Assembly (NCBI GenBank): GCA_965204755.1
Contig: OZ242011.1
Coordinates: 3,072,001-3,136,000, forward strand
Direction of reading: 5' to 3'
Length of the DNA stretch: 64,000 nucleotides
From: Candidatus Marinacidobacterium sp.
Lineage (GTDB): Bacteria > Acidobacteriota > Vicinamibacteria > Marinacidobacterales > Marinacidobacteraceae
Shown here: positions 19,901 to 28,547 of the stretch, one piece after another
How the letters are laid out: every line of letters starts with the position of its first letter
How positions within the stretch are numbered: position 1 is the stretch's first letter
Notes under the pieces: model-generated
Seen by the model: the letters and a program-made list of their open reading frames with translations, nothing else
The model's database searches: none
What the model was told of the DNA's origin: nothing
Program-made: the position numbers and the translations under genes

Positions 19901-20225
19901 GGCGGACGGTTCGCCCCCGCCGTTGATCGACGCGCTGCATCGGACGATGCGCCTCTGGAGGGAGGGCGACCAGGGGAAGGTGGACGCCTACATCGCGCAA
20001 ACCGGGATCGCGGAGAGCGAACTGTTCGGGCGCGTCCTCCAGGCGGTGATCGAGATGGCGGAACCGGACTCGGAAGAACGCAGCCTGCTGGAATCCATCC
20101 GCAACCATGTCCCGGCATTCCGCGCCGCGGCCCCCGCGCCTTCGGGACCGCGGCCGGCGAGTCTGCCCTTCGCCGCGCCGGACGCTCCGGAACCATCCAC
20201 CCGATCCGCCGCCTCCGAGTCCTGA
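16950..20225 (+). CDS. DUF1156-family adenine DNA methyltransferase with zinc ribbon
   Basis: HISTLHIWPARRPLAA, SAM motif DPFAGGGAIP, CAGC and CPCC, catalytic TDPPYYD; GGAGG RBS; TAGAAT at 16881. Confidence 0.9.
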   Translation: MSGTGKRLIEVAFPLEQVSKDSVHEKNVRHGHISTLHIWPARRPLAASRGVVLSTLLPDPGASDRRRVLERMAGHWTVIRDEDGEVVDRVWKDGIFHWGKENRRELDAFREEVREVFGGRAPRVLDPFAGGGAIPLEAMRLGCEVEAADLNPVAWFILRCALHYPRLASGERRLPESLSAYPAFGEALGWAADREAASLGGRRRGRKRKAGPEAGSEAGPALLTPGRAGAPAVPFAWHLRAWGERVLAGARREVAARYPVYADFEPKRRKGRGYDSPEVGFEPRPMRQLEPDAEGLVSVEELNREFGEEYLEDERNPRWVAKPPVAYLWARTAKCAGCRAEVPLLKTRWLCRKPEGANRPAKRVLLEMTPRADGSGVDFGLDLEVPEEAETPAARRESDRKLGAGTMTRRGATCPCCGAIATMADLRLEGRAGRLGERMTAVVVDGQRGKEYRLPTEAEFAAAEVGEEELEGLYAGIPFGLPDEPTPRPGMGASRAFSVRGYGFDTWRRLFTNRQLLAIGILLREIRVCAEEMDGYPEAWREALWVTLSGALSKFTDYSSAICSWHNSGEKLRSTFARFALPIVWDYCEVNTLAATTGGFLASVEWVARVMAHLTEIESASAPSVQRRSAIEAIPGEFDLICTDPPYYDAIPYSDLMDFFHLWLRRALHGVSEETDRALASALGPKWDADANDGELIDDANRFDGSREASKRNYEDGMARCFARFRDALRDDGRFVVVFASKDPNAWETLVSAIIRSGFVVSASWPIQTEMATRQRGRASAALASSIWLVCGKRPAAARRGWDRQVLRAMRRNIREQLHRFWDAGIRGPDFVWAATGPALEAFSRHPFVEKADEEGERMGVAEFLGQVRREVVGFAVSRVLAREEGGADSSLVEGLDDPTTYYLLHRKDFGLDPAPAGACILYSLSCGVSDSDLTGRLDFLARKESRGGSEAEAEADDDDGGAAGGRMRLKPWARRRRSVGDPGADGSPPPLIDALHRTMRLWREGDQGKVDAYIAQTGIAESELFGRVLQAVIEMAEPDSEERSLLESIRNHVPAFRAAAPAPSGPRPASLPFAAPDAPEPSTRSAASES

Positions 20226-20296
20226 ACTACGGGGGCTCCGGTATCCGGCCCCCCGGCCGGCATGACCGGTTGGGCGAAGGGGACTGACTCGGCGGG

Positions 20297-20411
20297 GTGG
20301 CGCGCGGTGGGGCCTCCCTTCCGGCCGGAACCGGCAACCCCGCCTATCACCAAGCATCCCGAAGGAACGGGTCACGGGCGGGAGAATTTCGCCGTGCGTC
20401 GCGCGCGCCGC
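20297..20411. ncRNA. Structured RNA repeat copy B3 (diverged)
   Basis: GTGGCGCGC/GCGCGCCGC; GTGGGG/CCCCGC; CTCCC/GGGAG; TCCCGAAGGAACGGG retained. Confidence 0.65.
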
Positions 20412-20542
20412 CCGGAGCCGAAGCCAAGCCGGGAGTGATTCGCGGCGAGGGGGGCTCGCTGCCCGCCGCCCCCTACTATTTCCCTTCCACTTTCCTTCCC
20501 CGTCGGGCCCTCCGCCGGTCCGGCCGTTCGCCGGGAGGCCCG

Positions 20543-23500
20543 ATGGCACACGACACTTCGACAACGACGCCGCCGGAGCGGCGGCCCGCTTCCCGGGCGC
20601 GGCTGCCGCTCCTCCTCGCCCTGTGCGCCCTCGCCGCTCCCGGCGCGCCGGCAACCGCGCAGGAAACCGCGCCGCCGGTCTTCGACGACCTCCGGCTGCG
20701 CTCCATCGGCCCGGCGGTGATGGCCGGACGGGTCTCCGCGCTGGAAGTCGTTCCCGGCCGTCCGCACGAGTTCTACATCGGGACGGCGTCCGGCGGCCTC
20801 TTCCGGACGCGGAACAACGGCGCGACCTGGGACGCGCTCTTCGAGCGCTACACCACGACCTCCATCGGGGCGCTGGCGCTCGCGCCTTCCGACCCGGCGA
20901 CGGTCTGGGTGGGAACCGGCGAGCCGGCGAACCGCCAGAGTTCCTCTTTCGGCGACGGCGTATACCTCTCGTTCGACGCCGGGGAGAGTTTCACCCGAGT
21001 CGGGCTCGAAGAGAGCGAACACATCGGCCGCATCGTGGTGGACCCGCAGCGGCCGCGCCGCGCGTTCGTGGCCGCGCTCGGCCCGCTCTGGCGCTCCGGC
21101 GGCGACCGGGGCGTCTTCCTCACCGAAGACGGCGGCGCGACTTGGCGGCATTCGCTCGCCATCTCGGAAGACACCGGCGCGGTGGACCTGGAGATGGACC
21201 CGACGAATCCCTCGATCCTCTACGCCGCGGCCTATACCCGCCGAAGAACTCCCTGGGGTTTCAACGGCGGCGGGCCGGAAGGCGGCATCTACCGCACCAC
21301 CGACGGCGGCGCCACCTGGTCGCGCCTCGCCGGGGGTTTGCCGGAAGGCCCGGTCGGCCGCATCGGCCTGGAGATCGTGGAATCGAACCCGACGGTGGTG
21401 TACGCGACGGTGGAGCACGCCACCGAGTCGGGAACCTGGCGCTCGGAGGATCGGGGCGGGACCTGGGAGCGGATCTCCGACCTGAACCCCCGCCCGATGT
21501 ACTACTCGCACATCGAAGTGGATCCGGCGGATCCGCGCCGGGTGTATGTCCTCGGCGCGCAGTTCCACCTGTCGGACGACGGCGGACGCACCTTCCGCGA
21601 AAACCGCGACATGACGCCGACCTACGACATCGGCGTGCACGGCGACCACCACGCCCTGTGGATGGATCCGGAGAACGGTGACCACCTGCTGCTCGGCGGC
21701 GACGGCGGCGTGTACGAGTCCTGGGACCGCGCGGTCTCCTGGCGCAAGATCAACAACCTCCCGCTCACCCAGTACTACGCGATCTCGCTGGATATGGAAA
21801 CTCCGTACAACATCTACGGCGGCGCGCAGGACACCCATTCCTGGGTCGGCCCGTCGGCCACGCGCAACCAGGCCGGCATCCTGAACTCGGACTGGAAGCA
21901 GACGAACTTCGGCGACGGCATGGACCAGGCCGCCGCGCCCGACGAACCGGGTCTCGCGTTCACTTCGTCGCAGAACGGGAACATCGTCCGCATCGACACG
22001 GCGAACGGGCAGCGCCTGACCGCGCGTCCGTTCCCCGAGGAGGACGAAGACCGCTACCGCTTCCATTGGCTATCGCCGATGGACACTTCGCCGCACCGCG
22101 CCGGCCGGGTGTACTTCGGCGGCAACCGGATGTTCCTCTCGGACGACTTCGGCGCGGTCTGGCGCGCCACCGAAGACCTGACGCTCCGGGAAGACCGGAG
22201 CGAGTTGCCCATCCTCGGCGTCCTACCGGCGGAAGGAATCCTCTCGATGCACGACGGCGTGTCGCACTGGGGAACGCTCACCACGCTGGCGGAATCCCCG
22301 CTGGTTCCCGGCCTGCTCTACGCGGGCTCGGACGACGGCCGGGTATCGCGGTCCGACGACGACGGCGCGACCTGGGTGTTCCTCGAAGACAACCTGCCGA
22401 CGGAGACCCTCCGAGCCACGATCAGCCGGGTCACGCCGTCCTCCCACGAACCGGACCGGCTCTATGTCGCGGTGGACCGCCACCATTCGGGTGACTTCGC
22501 GCCGCTGGCGTTCGTTTCCGAGGATCGCGGCGAAACCTTCCGGGAGATCGGCGGCGGCCTGCCGCGCGGCTGGGTGAACGACCTGGTGGAGCACCCGGAC
22601 GGCGCCGACCTGCTCGTGGCCGGGACGGAAGTCGGGGCTTTCGTTTCGTTCGACCGGGGCGGTTCGTGGATGCGGCTGGGCGGCGGGCTGCCCCATGCGC
22701 CGGTGGACGACATCGAAATCCACCCGCGCGACCGGGACCTGGTGCTCGGCACGCACGGCCGGTCGATCTACATCCTCGACGACAGCGCCCCGCTCGCCCG
22801 GCATGATCCGGACGCCGGCGTCCAACTCTTCGAGCCGCGCCCGGCGCTCGTGTACCTCCCCTGGAAGCACGAGAGTTACGAGGCGCAGGCGCGCTACGCC
22901 GGGGAGAACCCGCCGGCGGGCGCGCTGCTGACGGTGTTCCTGCCCGAGGGCGCCGTCGCGGGGACGCCGCCGGAGATGGAAGTCCGGAACTCCGGGAAGG
23001 TGGTGGCCCGCCCGACCGTCGAGGCGCGGGCGGGCTTCCAGCGCGTCGTCTGGGACTTGGCCGCCGCTCCCGAAGACACCGCGTCCGGGTCGGCGGAATC
23101 CGGAGGCGAAGACGACTGCGCCATCCCCGGCCCGCGCGCCGCCGTCGGCCGCTATACCGTCCGGTTGACCGCGGGCGGCGTGGAACGGGAAGCGCCGCTC
23201 GAAGTGCGCCTCGACCCCTCGGTTACCGTGAGCGAAGCGGCCTACGCCGAGCGGACGGGTTTCCTGCTGGACATCCGCAACACGCTGGTGGAGGCCTGCC
23301 GCGCCGCCGCGCCGTTCGCCGACGCGAACGAAGACGAGTTCACCGAGGCGCAGCGCTCTGCGCTCACGGACCTCCGCTCCGGCGGCGGCTTCCGCAACCC
23401 TTCCGCCCGCTCCCGCCTCGCCCGCCTCTACTCCGAGTTCACCGGCGACCGCGTCCGCCAGGGCACGCTCGACGCCCCCACCCCGGTGCATCGCCGCCGC

Positions 23501-23557
23501 TTCGCCTCCCTCCGTTCGCGCCTCCTCGCCGCCGCCGGCCTCCTCGAATCCCGCTGA
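20543..23557 (+). CDS. Exported BNR/Asp-box (sortilin/VPS10-like) beta-propeller, glycosyl hydrolase-like
   Basis: GGAGG then ATG 20543; signal peptide; LRSIGPAVMAGRV; many (S/T)xDxGxTW boxes. Confidence 0.85.
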   Translation: MAHDTSTTTPPERRPASRARLPLLLALCALAAPGAPATAQETAPPVFDDLRLRSIGPAVMAGRVSALEVVPGRPHEFYIGTASGGLFRTRNNGATWDALFERYTTTSIGALALAPSDPATVWVGTGEPANRQSSSFGDGVYLSFDAGESFTRVGLEESEHIGRIVVDPQRPRRAFVAALGPLWRSGGDRGVFLTEDGGATWRHSLAISEDTGAVDLEMDPTNPSILYAAAYTRRRTPWGFNGGGPEGGIYRTTDGGATWSRLAGGLPEGPVGRIGLEIVESNPTVVYATVEHATESGTWRSEDRGGTWERISDLNPRPMYYSHIEVDPADPRRVYVLGAQFHLSDDGGRTFRENRDMTPTYDIGVHGDHHALWMDPENGDHLLLGGDGGVYESWDRAVSWRKINNLPLTQYYAISLDMETPYNIYGGAQDTHSWVGPSATRNQAGILNSDWKQTNFGDGMDQAAAPDEPGLAFTSSQNGNIVRIDTANGQRLTARPFPEEDEDRYRFHWLSPMDTSPHRAGRVYFGGNRMFLSDDFGAVWRATEDLTLREDRSELPILGVLPAEGILSMHDGVSHWGTLTTLAESPLVPGLLYAGSDDGRVSRSDDDGATWVFLEDNLPTETLRATISRVTPSSHEPDRLYVAVDRHHSGDFAPLAFVSEDRGETFREIGGGLPRGWVNDLVEHPDGADLLVAGTEVGAFVSFDRGGSWMRLGGGLPHAPVDDIEIHPRDRDLVLGTHGRSIYILDDSAPLARHDPDAGVQLFEPRPALVYLPWKHESYEAQARYAGENPPAGALLTVFLPEGAVAGTPPEMEVRNSGKVVARPTVEARAGFQRVVWDLAAAPEDTASGSAESGGEDDCAIPGPRAAVGRYTVRLTAGGVEREAPLEVRLDPSVTVSEAAYAERTGFLLDIRNTLVEACRAAAPFADANEDEFTEAQRSALTDLRSGGGFRNPSARSRLARLYSEFTGDRVRQGTLDAPTPVHRRRFASLRSRLLAAAGLLESR

Positions 23558-23599
23558 CCCTTCGTTCGCTTGCGCCCCGACCTTCGCCGAAGCCCCGAC

Positions 23600-25390
23600 A
23601 TGAAGATCCTCCACTACCTCGAGATCGAGAACTTCAAGCGGTTCGGCGAGCGCCAACGCATCGAACTCGACCACCCGACCGTCCTGATCGGCCCGAACGA
23701 CTGCGGCAAGACCACCGCCCTCCAGGCCATCGCCCTCTGGTCGCACGCCGTCCGCCACTGGTGGGACGCGAAGGGAGCGAACGCTCGCCGGGACGCGCCC
23801 GCCTCGCTGGTCCGGTCGGAGATCGTCTCGGTTCCGGTGCGTCGGACGCGCCACTACTGGCGCAACCTCGTCGCAAGGAAGGGCAACCGCGAGGTCCCGC
23901 TGCGTATCGCCGTGGGAATGGAGCAGGACGGCAAGGTCGAACCCGTGGCGATGCGGTTTCGCAGCCACGGAGACGACCTCGTGTACTGCGTTCCCGAAGA
24001 GGAGACCCTGGCGAACCGCGATCTGCTCCGTTCCGCCTCGCGGGTGAAGGTGGACCTGCTGTATCCCATGTCGGGACTCGAAATGGACGAGCCGGTGCTC
24101 CTGCCGCGGCGCATCGACGCGTTGCTGGGGCAGGGACAGACCGCCTCGATCCTCCGAAATGTCTGCCTGGAGGCGCGCGGCTCCTCGGAGGACGACTGGC
24201 GCGAGGTCACGCATCGGATGCGGCGCCTGTTCGCAGTCGAACTCGGTGAACCGGTGGCGAACGCTCGCGGAGGCATCACGCTCGAGTATCGCCGGGCCGG
24301 AGCCCGCGAACCGCTCGATGTCTCCTCGGCCGGCCGCGGACTGCAGCAGGTACTGCTGCTCCTCGCTTATCTCTACTCCGATCGTGGTCGAGTCCTCCTG
24401 ATCGACGAACCGGACGCCCACCTGGAACTGCTCCGCCAGAGGCAGGTGCATGTGCTGCTCCGGGATCTCGCCGCGAAGCGCGGCACCCAGATCGTGCTGG
24501 CCACGCATTCCGAAGAAGTGTTGCGGGAGGCGCTCGACCACAACCTCACGCTCCTGCTCGACGGCCGCGCGGAGTCGTTGGCCGGTAAGGGCGAAATCGT
24601 CGACGCGCTGCGCCACTTCGGGGCGGAGCACTATGTCCGGGCGCGGCAGAGCGGGTATGTGCTCTATCTCGAAGGGCGGACCGACCTCGACCTCCTGCGG
24701 GCGCTCGCGGAACACTCGGGGCATGCGGTCCTCGACCGCTGGGACGAGATGCCCAATGTGTTCTTCGTCCGCGACAACTACCCCGATCCCGACGCGGACT
24801 CCGAGTTGGAACGGGTGGAGGGAGGCTACGGCGTCACGCCGCGGAAGCACTTCTTCGGCATCCGCGACATGGCGCGGGGCCTTCCTGGACTCGCGATCCT
24901 CGACAGCAAGGGCCGTTCCCCCAGCGACACGGACGACGGCGGCCTTCGTATCGCCTACTGGCGGCGCTACGAGATCGAGAACTACTTCATCACGCCCGCG
25001 GTGCTGGAGGCATATGCGCTCTCCCGTTACGGGGACGCGACCCTCTTCGCCGGGTTCCGTACCGAGATCGAGTCCGTCTTGGACACGGTGGTCCGGGAGC
25101 GCGTGTTCGGGGGCAACGAACGCGACTTTCTCACTTGGAAGGGTCTCGCCGAAGACGCCGCCCGGCTCCTGTGGGAAGCCCGGACCGAACGACTGAAGGT
25201 CAGCGCGGTGGCGGAAGCGTTCTTCGAGGCCTTGGCGGAGCGCCTGAACCGCCCGGTCCTGCTGCGCAAGCGCGACTTCCGCGACTTGGTTCCGTTCGCT
25301 TCCCGCGAGGCGATTCCGGCAGAGGTCGGAGAGAAGTTGGATCTGCTGAAGAGCCTCTTCGAACGCGCAGAACCCGGGATCGTGGAGTAG
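23600..25390 (+). CDS. ABC/AAA_15-type ATPase fused to a TOPRIM-like domain (OLD-like)
   Basis: IENFKRF, Walker A GPNDCGKTT, LLIDEPDAHL, ATHS; C-terminal YLEGRTD and RYEIENY. Confidence 0.8.
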   Translation: MKILHYLEIENFKRFGERQRIELDHPTVLIGPNDCGKTTALQAIALWSHAVRHWWDAKGANARRDAPASLVRSEIVSVPVRRTRHYWRNLVARKGNREVPLRIAVGMEQDGKVEPVAMRFRSHGDDLVYCVPEEETLANRDLLRSASRVKVDLLYPMSGLEMDEPVLLPRRIDALLGQGQTASILRNVCLEARGSSEDDWREVTHRMRRLFAVELGEPVANARGGITLEYRRAGAREPLDVSSAGRGLQQVLLLLAYLYSDRGRVLLIDEPDAHLELLRQRQVHVLLRDLAAKRGTQIVLATHSEEVLREALDHNLTLLLDGRAESLAGKGEIVDALRHFGAEHYVRARQSGYVLYLEGRTDLDLLRALAEHSGHAVLDRWDEMPNVFFVRDNYPDPDADSELERVEGGYGVTPRKHFFGIRDMARGLPGLAILDSKGRSPSDTDDGGLRIAYWRRYEIENYFITPAVLEAYALSRYGDATLFAGFRTEIESVLDTVVRERVFGGNERDFLTWKGLAEDAARLLWEARTERLKVSAVAEAFFEALAERLNRPVLLRKRDFRDLVPFASREAIPAEVGEKLDLLKSLFERAEPGIVE

Positions 25391-25399
25391 CCTTCCCGA

Positions 25400-26635
25400 A
25401 TGCTCTTCCACGAACTGCGCCTTTCCGGTCTGCTCTCCTTCGGTCCGGACGGCGTCTCGCTGCCGATGAAGCCGCTCAATGTGCTGATCGGCCCGAACGG
25501 TTCCGGCAAGTCCAACTTCCTGGAAGCGATCTCCTTGTTCCGCGCGGCGCCGGGGGAAGTCACCGCGCCGATATCGCGCAGCGGAGGCATCCGCGAGTGG
25601 CGTTGGAAGGGGGACGGTCCCGGGGCCAACCTGAGACTCCACGCCCGTTTGGATGTGCCGGGCGTCGGTGAAGTGCAGCACGAAATCGCGTTCGGTGAAC
25701 GCGAGGGCGCCACGGTCGTTACGGAAGAGATGCTTCGGTGTTGCGGACCGGATGACCCGGAGAACTTGCAGAGCCGCTATTCCCGCCCTCCGTGGTCGAC
25801 GATTCTCGTGCGGCGCATCGCGCGGCTCACAGAAGCGAAAGGAGAGGATGCCACGAAGAATCCGGAAACAGCCGATCGTGTTTCCCGAGAGTCCCGGGAA
25901 ACCGCACGATCGGTGGACTACGCGGAGGACTTGCGTCCAAGGGAGTCCATCCTGTGCTTGGCTGCCACGCCCGACCATCCGGTGCCGTGGCGCGTGAAGG
26001 AGCAATACGAAGGCATCCGGATGTATCGCAACTGGTCGTTCGGCCCGAACGCCGAGGTGCGTGTTCCGGCCAGCGCTCACGACCGCAGCGACTTTCTCGA
26101 GGAAGACGCCGGTAATTTGGCGCTCGTTCTGTCGCACCTGCAAGGAGAGCGGAAGAGGAAGTTTCTGGGGGCCGCCGGCCGATTGTTCGAGGGGATCGTG
26201 GACTTCCGCTGTCCGGTTACCGGCGGCGTCGTCTCGCTGTTCCTCGAGGAGGGCGACGGACGGATCATCCCGGCGAGCCGTCTGTCGGGCGGGACACTGC
26301 GCTACCTGAGCCTCCTCGCGATCCTCCTCCACCCGGAGCCGCCGCCCGTCATCTGCATCGAAGAACCGGAATTGGGTCTGCACCCGGACCTGTTGCCGAC
26401 CCTGTGCGACCTGATGCGGGAGGCTTCGGCGCACAGTCAGTTGATCGTCACGACCCACTCCGACATCTTGGTGGATGCGTTGACCGAGGAGCCGGAGGCC
26501 GTCGTCGTCGTCGAGAAGGAGGAAGGGCAGTCCACCATGCGCCGGCTCGACGGCGAGAACCTCGCGAAGTGGATCGAGAACTACGGACTGGGCGAACTGT
26601 GGATTTCCGGCGAGTTGGGCGGGAATCGCTGGTGA
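25400..26635 (+). CDS. AAA_21 / ABC-type ATPase
   Basis: GPNGSGKSN, signature LSGGT, IEEPELGLHP, TTHS, C-terminal LGELWISGELGG. Confidence 0.9.
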   Translation: MLFHELRLSGLLSFGPDGVSLPMKPLNVLIGPNGSGKSNFLEAISLFRAAPGEVTAPISRSGGIREWRWKGDGPGANLRLHARLDVPGVGEVQHEIAFGEREGATVVTEEMLRCCGPDDPENLQSRYSRPPWSTILVRRIARLTEAKGEDATKNPETADRVSRESRETARSVDYAEDLRPRESILCLAATPDHPVPWRVKEQYEGIRMYRNWSFGPNAEVRVPASAHDRSDFLEEDAGNLALVLSHLQGERKRKFLGAAGRLFEGIVDFRCPVTGGVVSLFLEEGDGRIIPASRLSGGTLRYLSLLAILLHPEPPPVICIEEPELGLHPDLLPTLCDLMREASAHSQLIVTTHSDILVDALTEEPEAVVVVEKEEGQSTMRRLDGENLAKWIENYGLGELWISGELGGNRW

Positions 26636-27261
26636 AGGTCACCCTCTACATCGAAGGCGGCGGAGAGGGCAAGAGGAACTCCTTCCGGTTCCGGGAGGCG
26701 TGGCGTTCGTTCTTCGAGGCCGCCGGCTTGGGCGGCCGGCTGCCGAAAGTGATTCGATGCGGATCCCGCAACGAGACCTATCGGCGTTTCTCCACGGCCG
26801 TAGAGGACGAGGACTCCGAACGAGTCCCGATCCTCTTGGTGGACAGCGAAGCGTCGGTGGCGTCGGGGCATTCGGTCTGGCGGCACCTGAGGGATCGGGA
26901 CGGCTGGACCCGCCCCGCGGGAGCGGGGGACGATTGCGCCTTCCTGATGGTGCAGTTCATGGAGACTTGGCTCGTCGCCGACCGGGCCGCGCTCCGGAGT
27001 TACTTCGGAAAGGATTTCCGACCGAACGCGATTCCGTCGTGGCCCCGGTTGGAGGATGTTCCGAAGTCGGATGTCATGAAGGCGTTGAAGAGCGCCACGG
27101 CAGCGTGCCCGAGCCCGTACGCCAAAGGGCGAGTCTCCTTCGAACTCCTGACGAGGACGGACCCGTCCATCGTGGAGCGGGAGTGTCCGAACGCGCGGCG
27201 ACTTCTCGAACATCTTCGGGGTTCGACCAGCGGGTCATCGGGCGACTCCGCGGCCCCGTAG
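26632..27261 (+). CDS. DUF4276-family (TOPRIM/RloB-like) partner protein
   Basis: GTGA overlap with the ATPase stop; YIEGGG, LLVDSE, MVQFMETWLVAD, PYAKG. Confidence 0.8.
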   Translation: MKVTLYIEGGGEGKRNSFRFREAWRSFFEAAGLGGRLPKVIRCGSRNETYRRFSTAVEDEDSERVPILLVDSEASVASGHSVWRHLRDRDGWTRPAGAGDDCAFLMVQFMETWLVADRAALRSYFGKDFRPNAIPSWPRLEDVPKSDVMKALKSATAACPSPYAKGRVSFELLTRTDPSIVERECPNARRLLEHLRGSTSGSSGDSAAP

Positions 27262-27347
27262 TCGTCGGGACCCGCCGCCGGCCCGGCAGCGCGACGGGTG
27301 GAGAGCGGCAACGGTGCTCGCCTCATCGAAGGCGCCGTACTGACGCC

Positions 27348-28547
27348 GTGACTTCGACCGCTTCCCGGCGAACGGTTCGGGTACCGGTGAGGCCGGCGCT
27401 GCTTCGGTGGGCTTGCCGCCGGTCCGGGATCGAGAGCGGCGCGGTCGGGAAGCGCTTTCCGAAGTTTCCGGAGTGGGAGCGCGGAGAAACGCAGCCGACG
27501 CTGCGGCAGGTCGAGGAGTTCGCGCGGTTCACCCGCGCGGCGGTCGGTTACCTGTTCCTCCGCGAGCCGCCCGAGGAGACGGTCCCGATCCCCGACTTTC
27601 GCTCGGTCGCCGACCGCCCGCTGCGCCGGCCGAGCCCCGACCTTCTGGACACGATCTTCCTCTGCCAGGAGCGTCAGTACTGGTATCGCCAACACGCGGC
27701 GGCGTCGGGAGAAGCCGCCTCGCGCCTGGTCGGGATGCTCCGCCGGTCGGACGGGCCGGTCGCGGCGGCGGCGAAACTTCGGGAGGCGTTGCGCTTCGGT
27801 TTGGAGGAACGAGCGGAGTGCCCGACCTGGACCGAAGCGCTGCGAAGTTTCCGGGACCGGTGCGAGGACGCGGGCGCGCTGGTGATGACGAGCGGCATCG
27901 TCGGCAGCAACACCCGGAGGAAACTCGATCCGACCGAGTTTCGCGGGTTCGCCCTGTCCGACCCCTCGGCGCCGCTGGTCTTCGTGAACGGCGCCGACGC
28001 GAAAGCGGCGCAGATGTTCACGCTCGCCCATGAGATGGCCCACATCGCGCTCGACGAAACCGCGCTCTCCGACAGTCCGCTCGAACACGAGCCGGATGAT
28101 GCGACGGAGCGCTGGTGCAGCCGGGTCGCGGCCGAATTCCTCGTCCCCTCGGCCGCGCTGCGGAAGAACTACGACGCCCGCATCGGACTCCGGGAAACGC
28201 TGCGGCGGCTGACGCGGCGATTCAAGGTGAGCGCGCTCGTCGCGCTTCGCCGGCTCCGGGACGCGGACCTGGTGCCCGTTTCGACTTACCGGGAACGGTG
28301 GGCGGAAGAAATGGGGCGACTGCGCGCTTCCAAGGGCGGAGGCGGCGACTTCTGCGCGACCCCGGGCTCACGCGCCGGACGCCGATTCGCGCGCTCTCTC
28401 GTCGTGAGCACCCTGGAGGGCCGAACCACCTATTCGGAGGCATTTCGGCTGCTCGGCATTCGCCGGGCGGAGACTTTCCGAAAGGTGGCGGACGGGCGGC
28501 TCGCCCCCGTCAGGAGAACGGAGGGATGCGGGCGAGGACGGCGGTGA
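27348..28547 (+). CDS. XRE HTH plus ImmA/IrrE metallopeptidase
   Basis: LLRWAC...WERGETQPTLRQ HTH; IPDFRS; EFRGFALSD; FTLAHEMAH zinc motif. Confidence 0.88.
   Translation: MTSTASRRTVRVPVRPALLRWACRRSGIESGAVGKRFPKFPEWERGETQPTLRQVEEFARFTRAAVGYLFLREPPEETVPIPDFRSVADRPLRRPSPDLLDTIFLCQERQYWYRQHAAASGEAASRLVGMLRRSDGPVAAAAKLREALRFGLEERAECPTWTEALRSFRDRCEDAGALVMTSGIVGSNTRRKLDPTEFRGFALSDPSAPLVFVNGADAKAAQMFTLAHEMAHIALDETALSDSPLEHEPDDATERWCSRVAAEFLVPSAALRKNYDARIGLRETLRRLTRRFKVSALVALRRLRDADLVPVSTYRERWAEEMGRLRASKGGGGDFCATPGSRAGRRFARSLVVSTLEGRTTYSEAFRLLGIRRAETFRKVADGRLAPVRRTEGCGRGRR

Noticed and set aside
20297-20542. N-terminal extension of the 1086-aa ORF
   Set aside because: It runs through RNA copy B3; ATG 20543 has a GGAGG RBS and is followed by a signal peptide
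15270-28547. Prophage
   Set aside because: No terminase, portal, capsid, tail or integrase genes; only one possibly phage-derived domain
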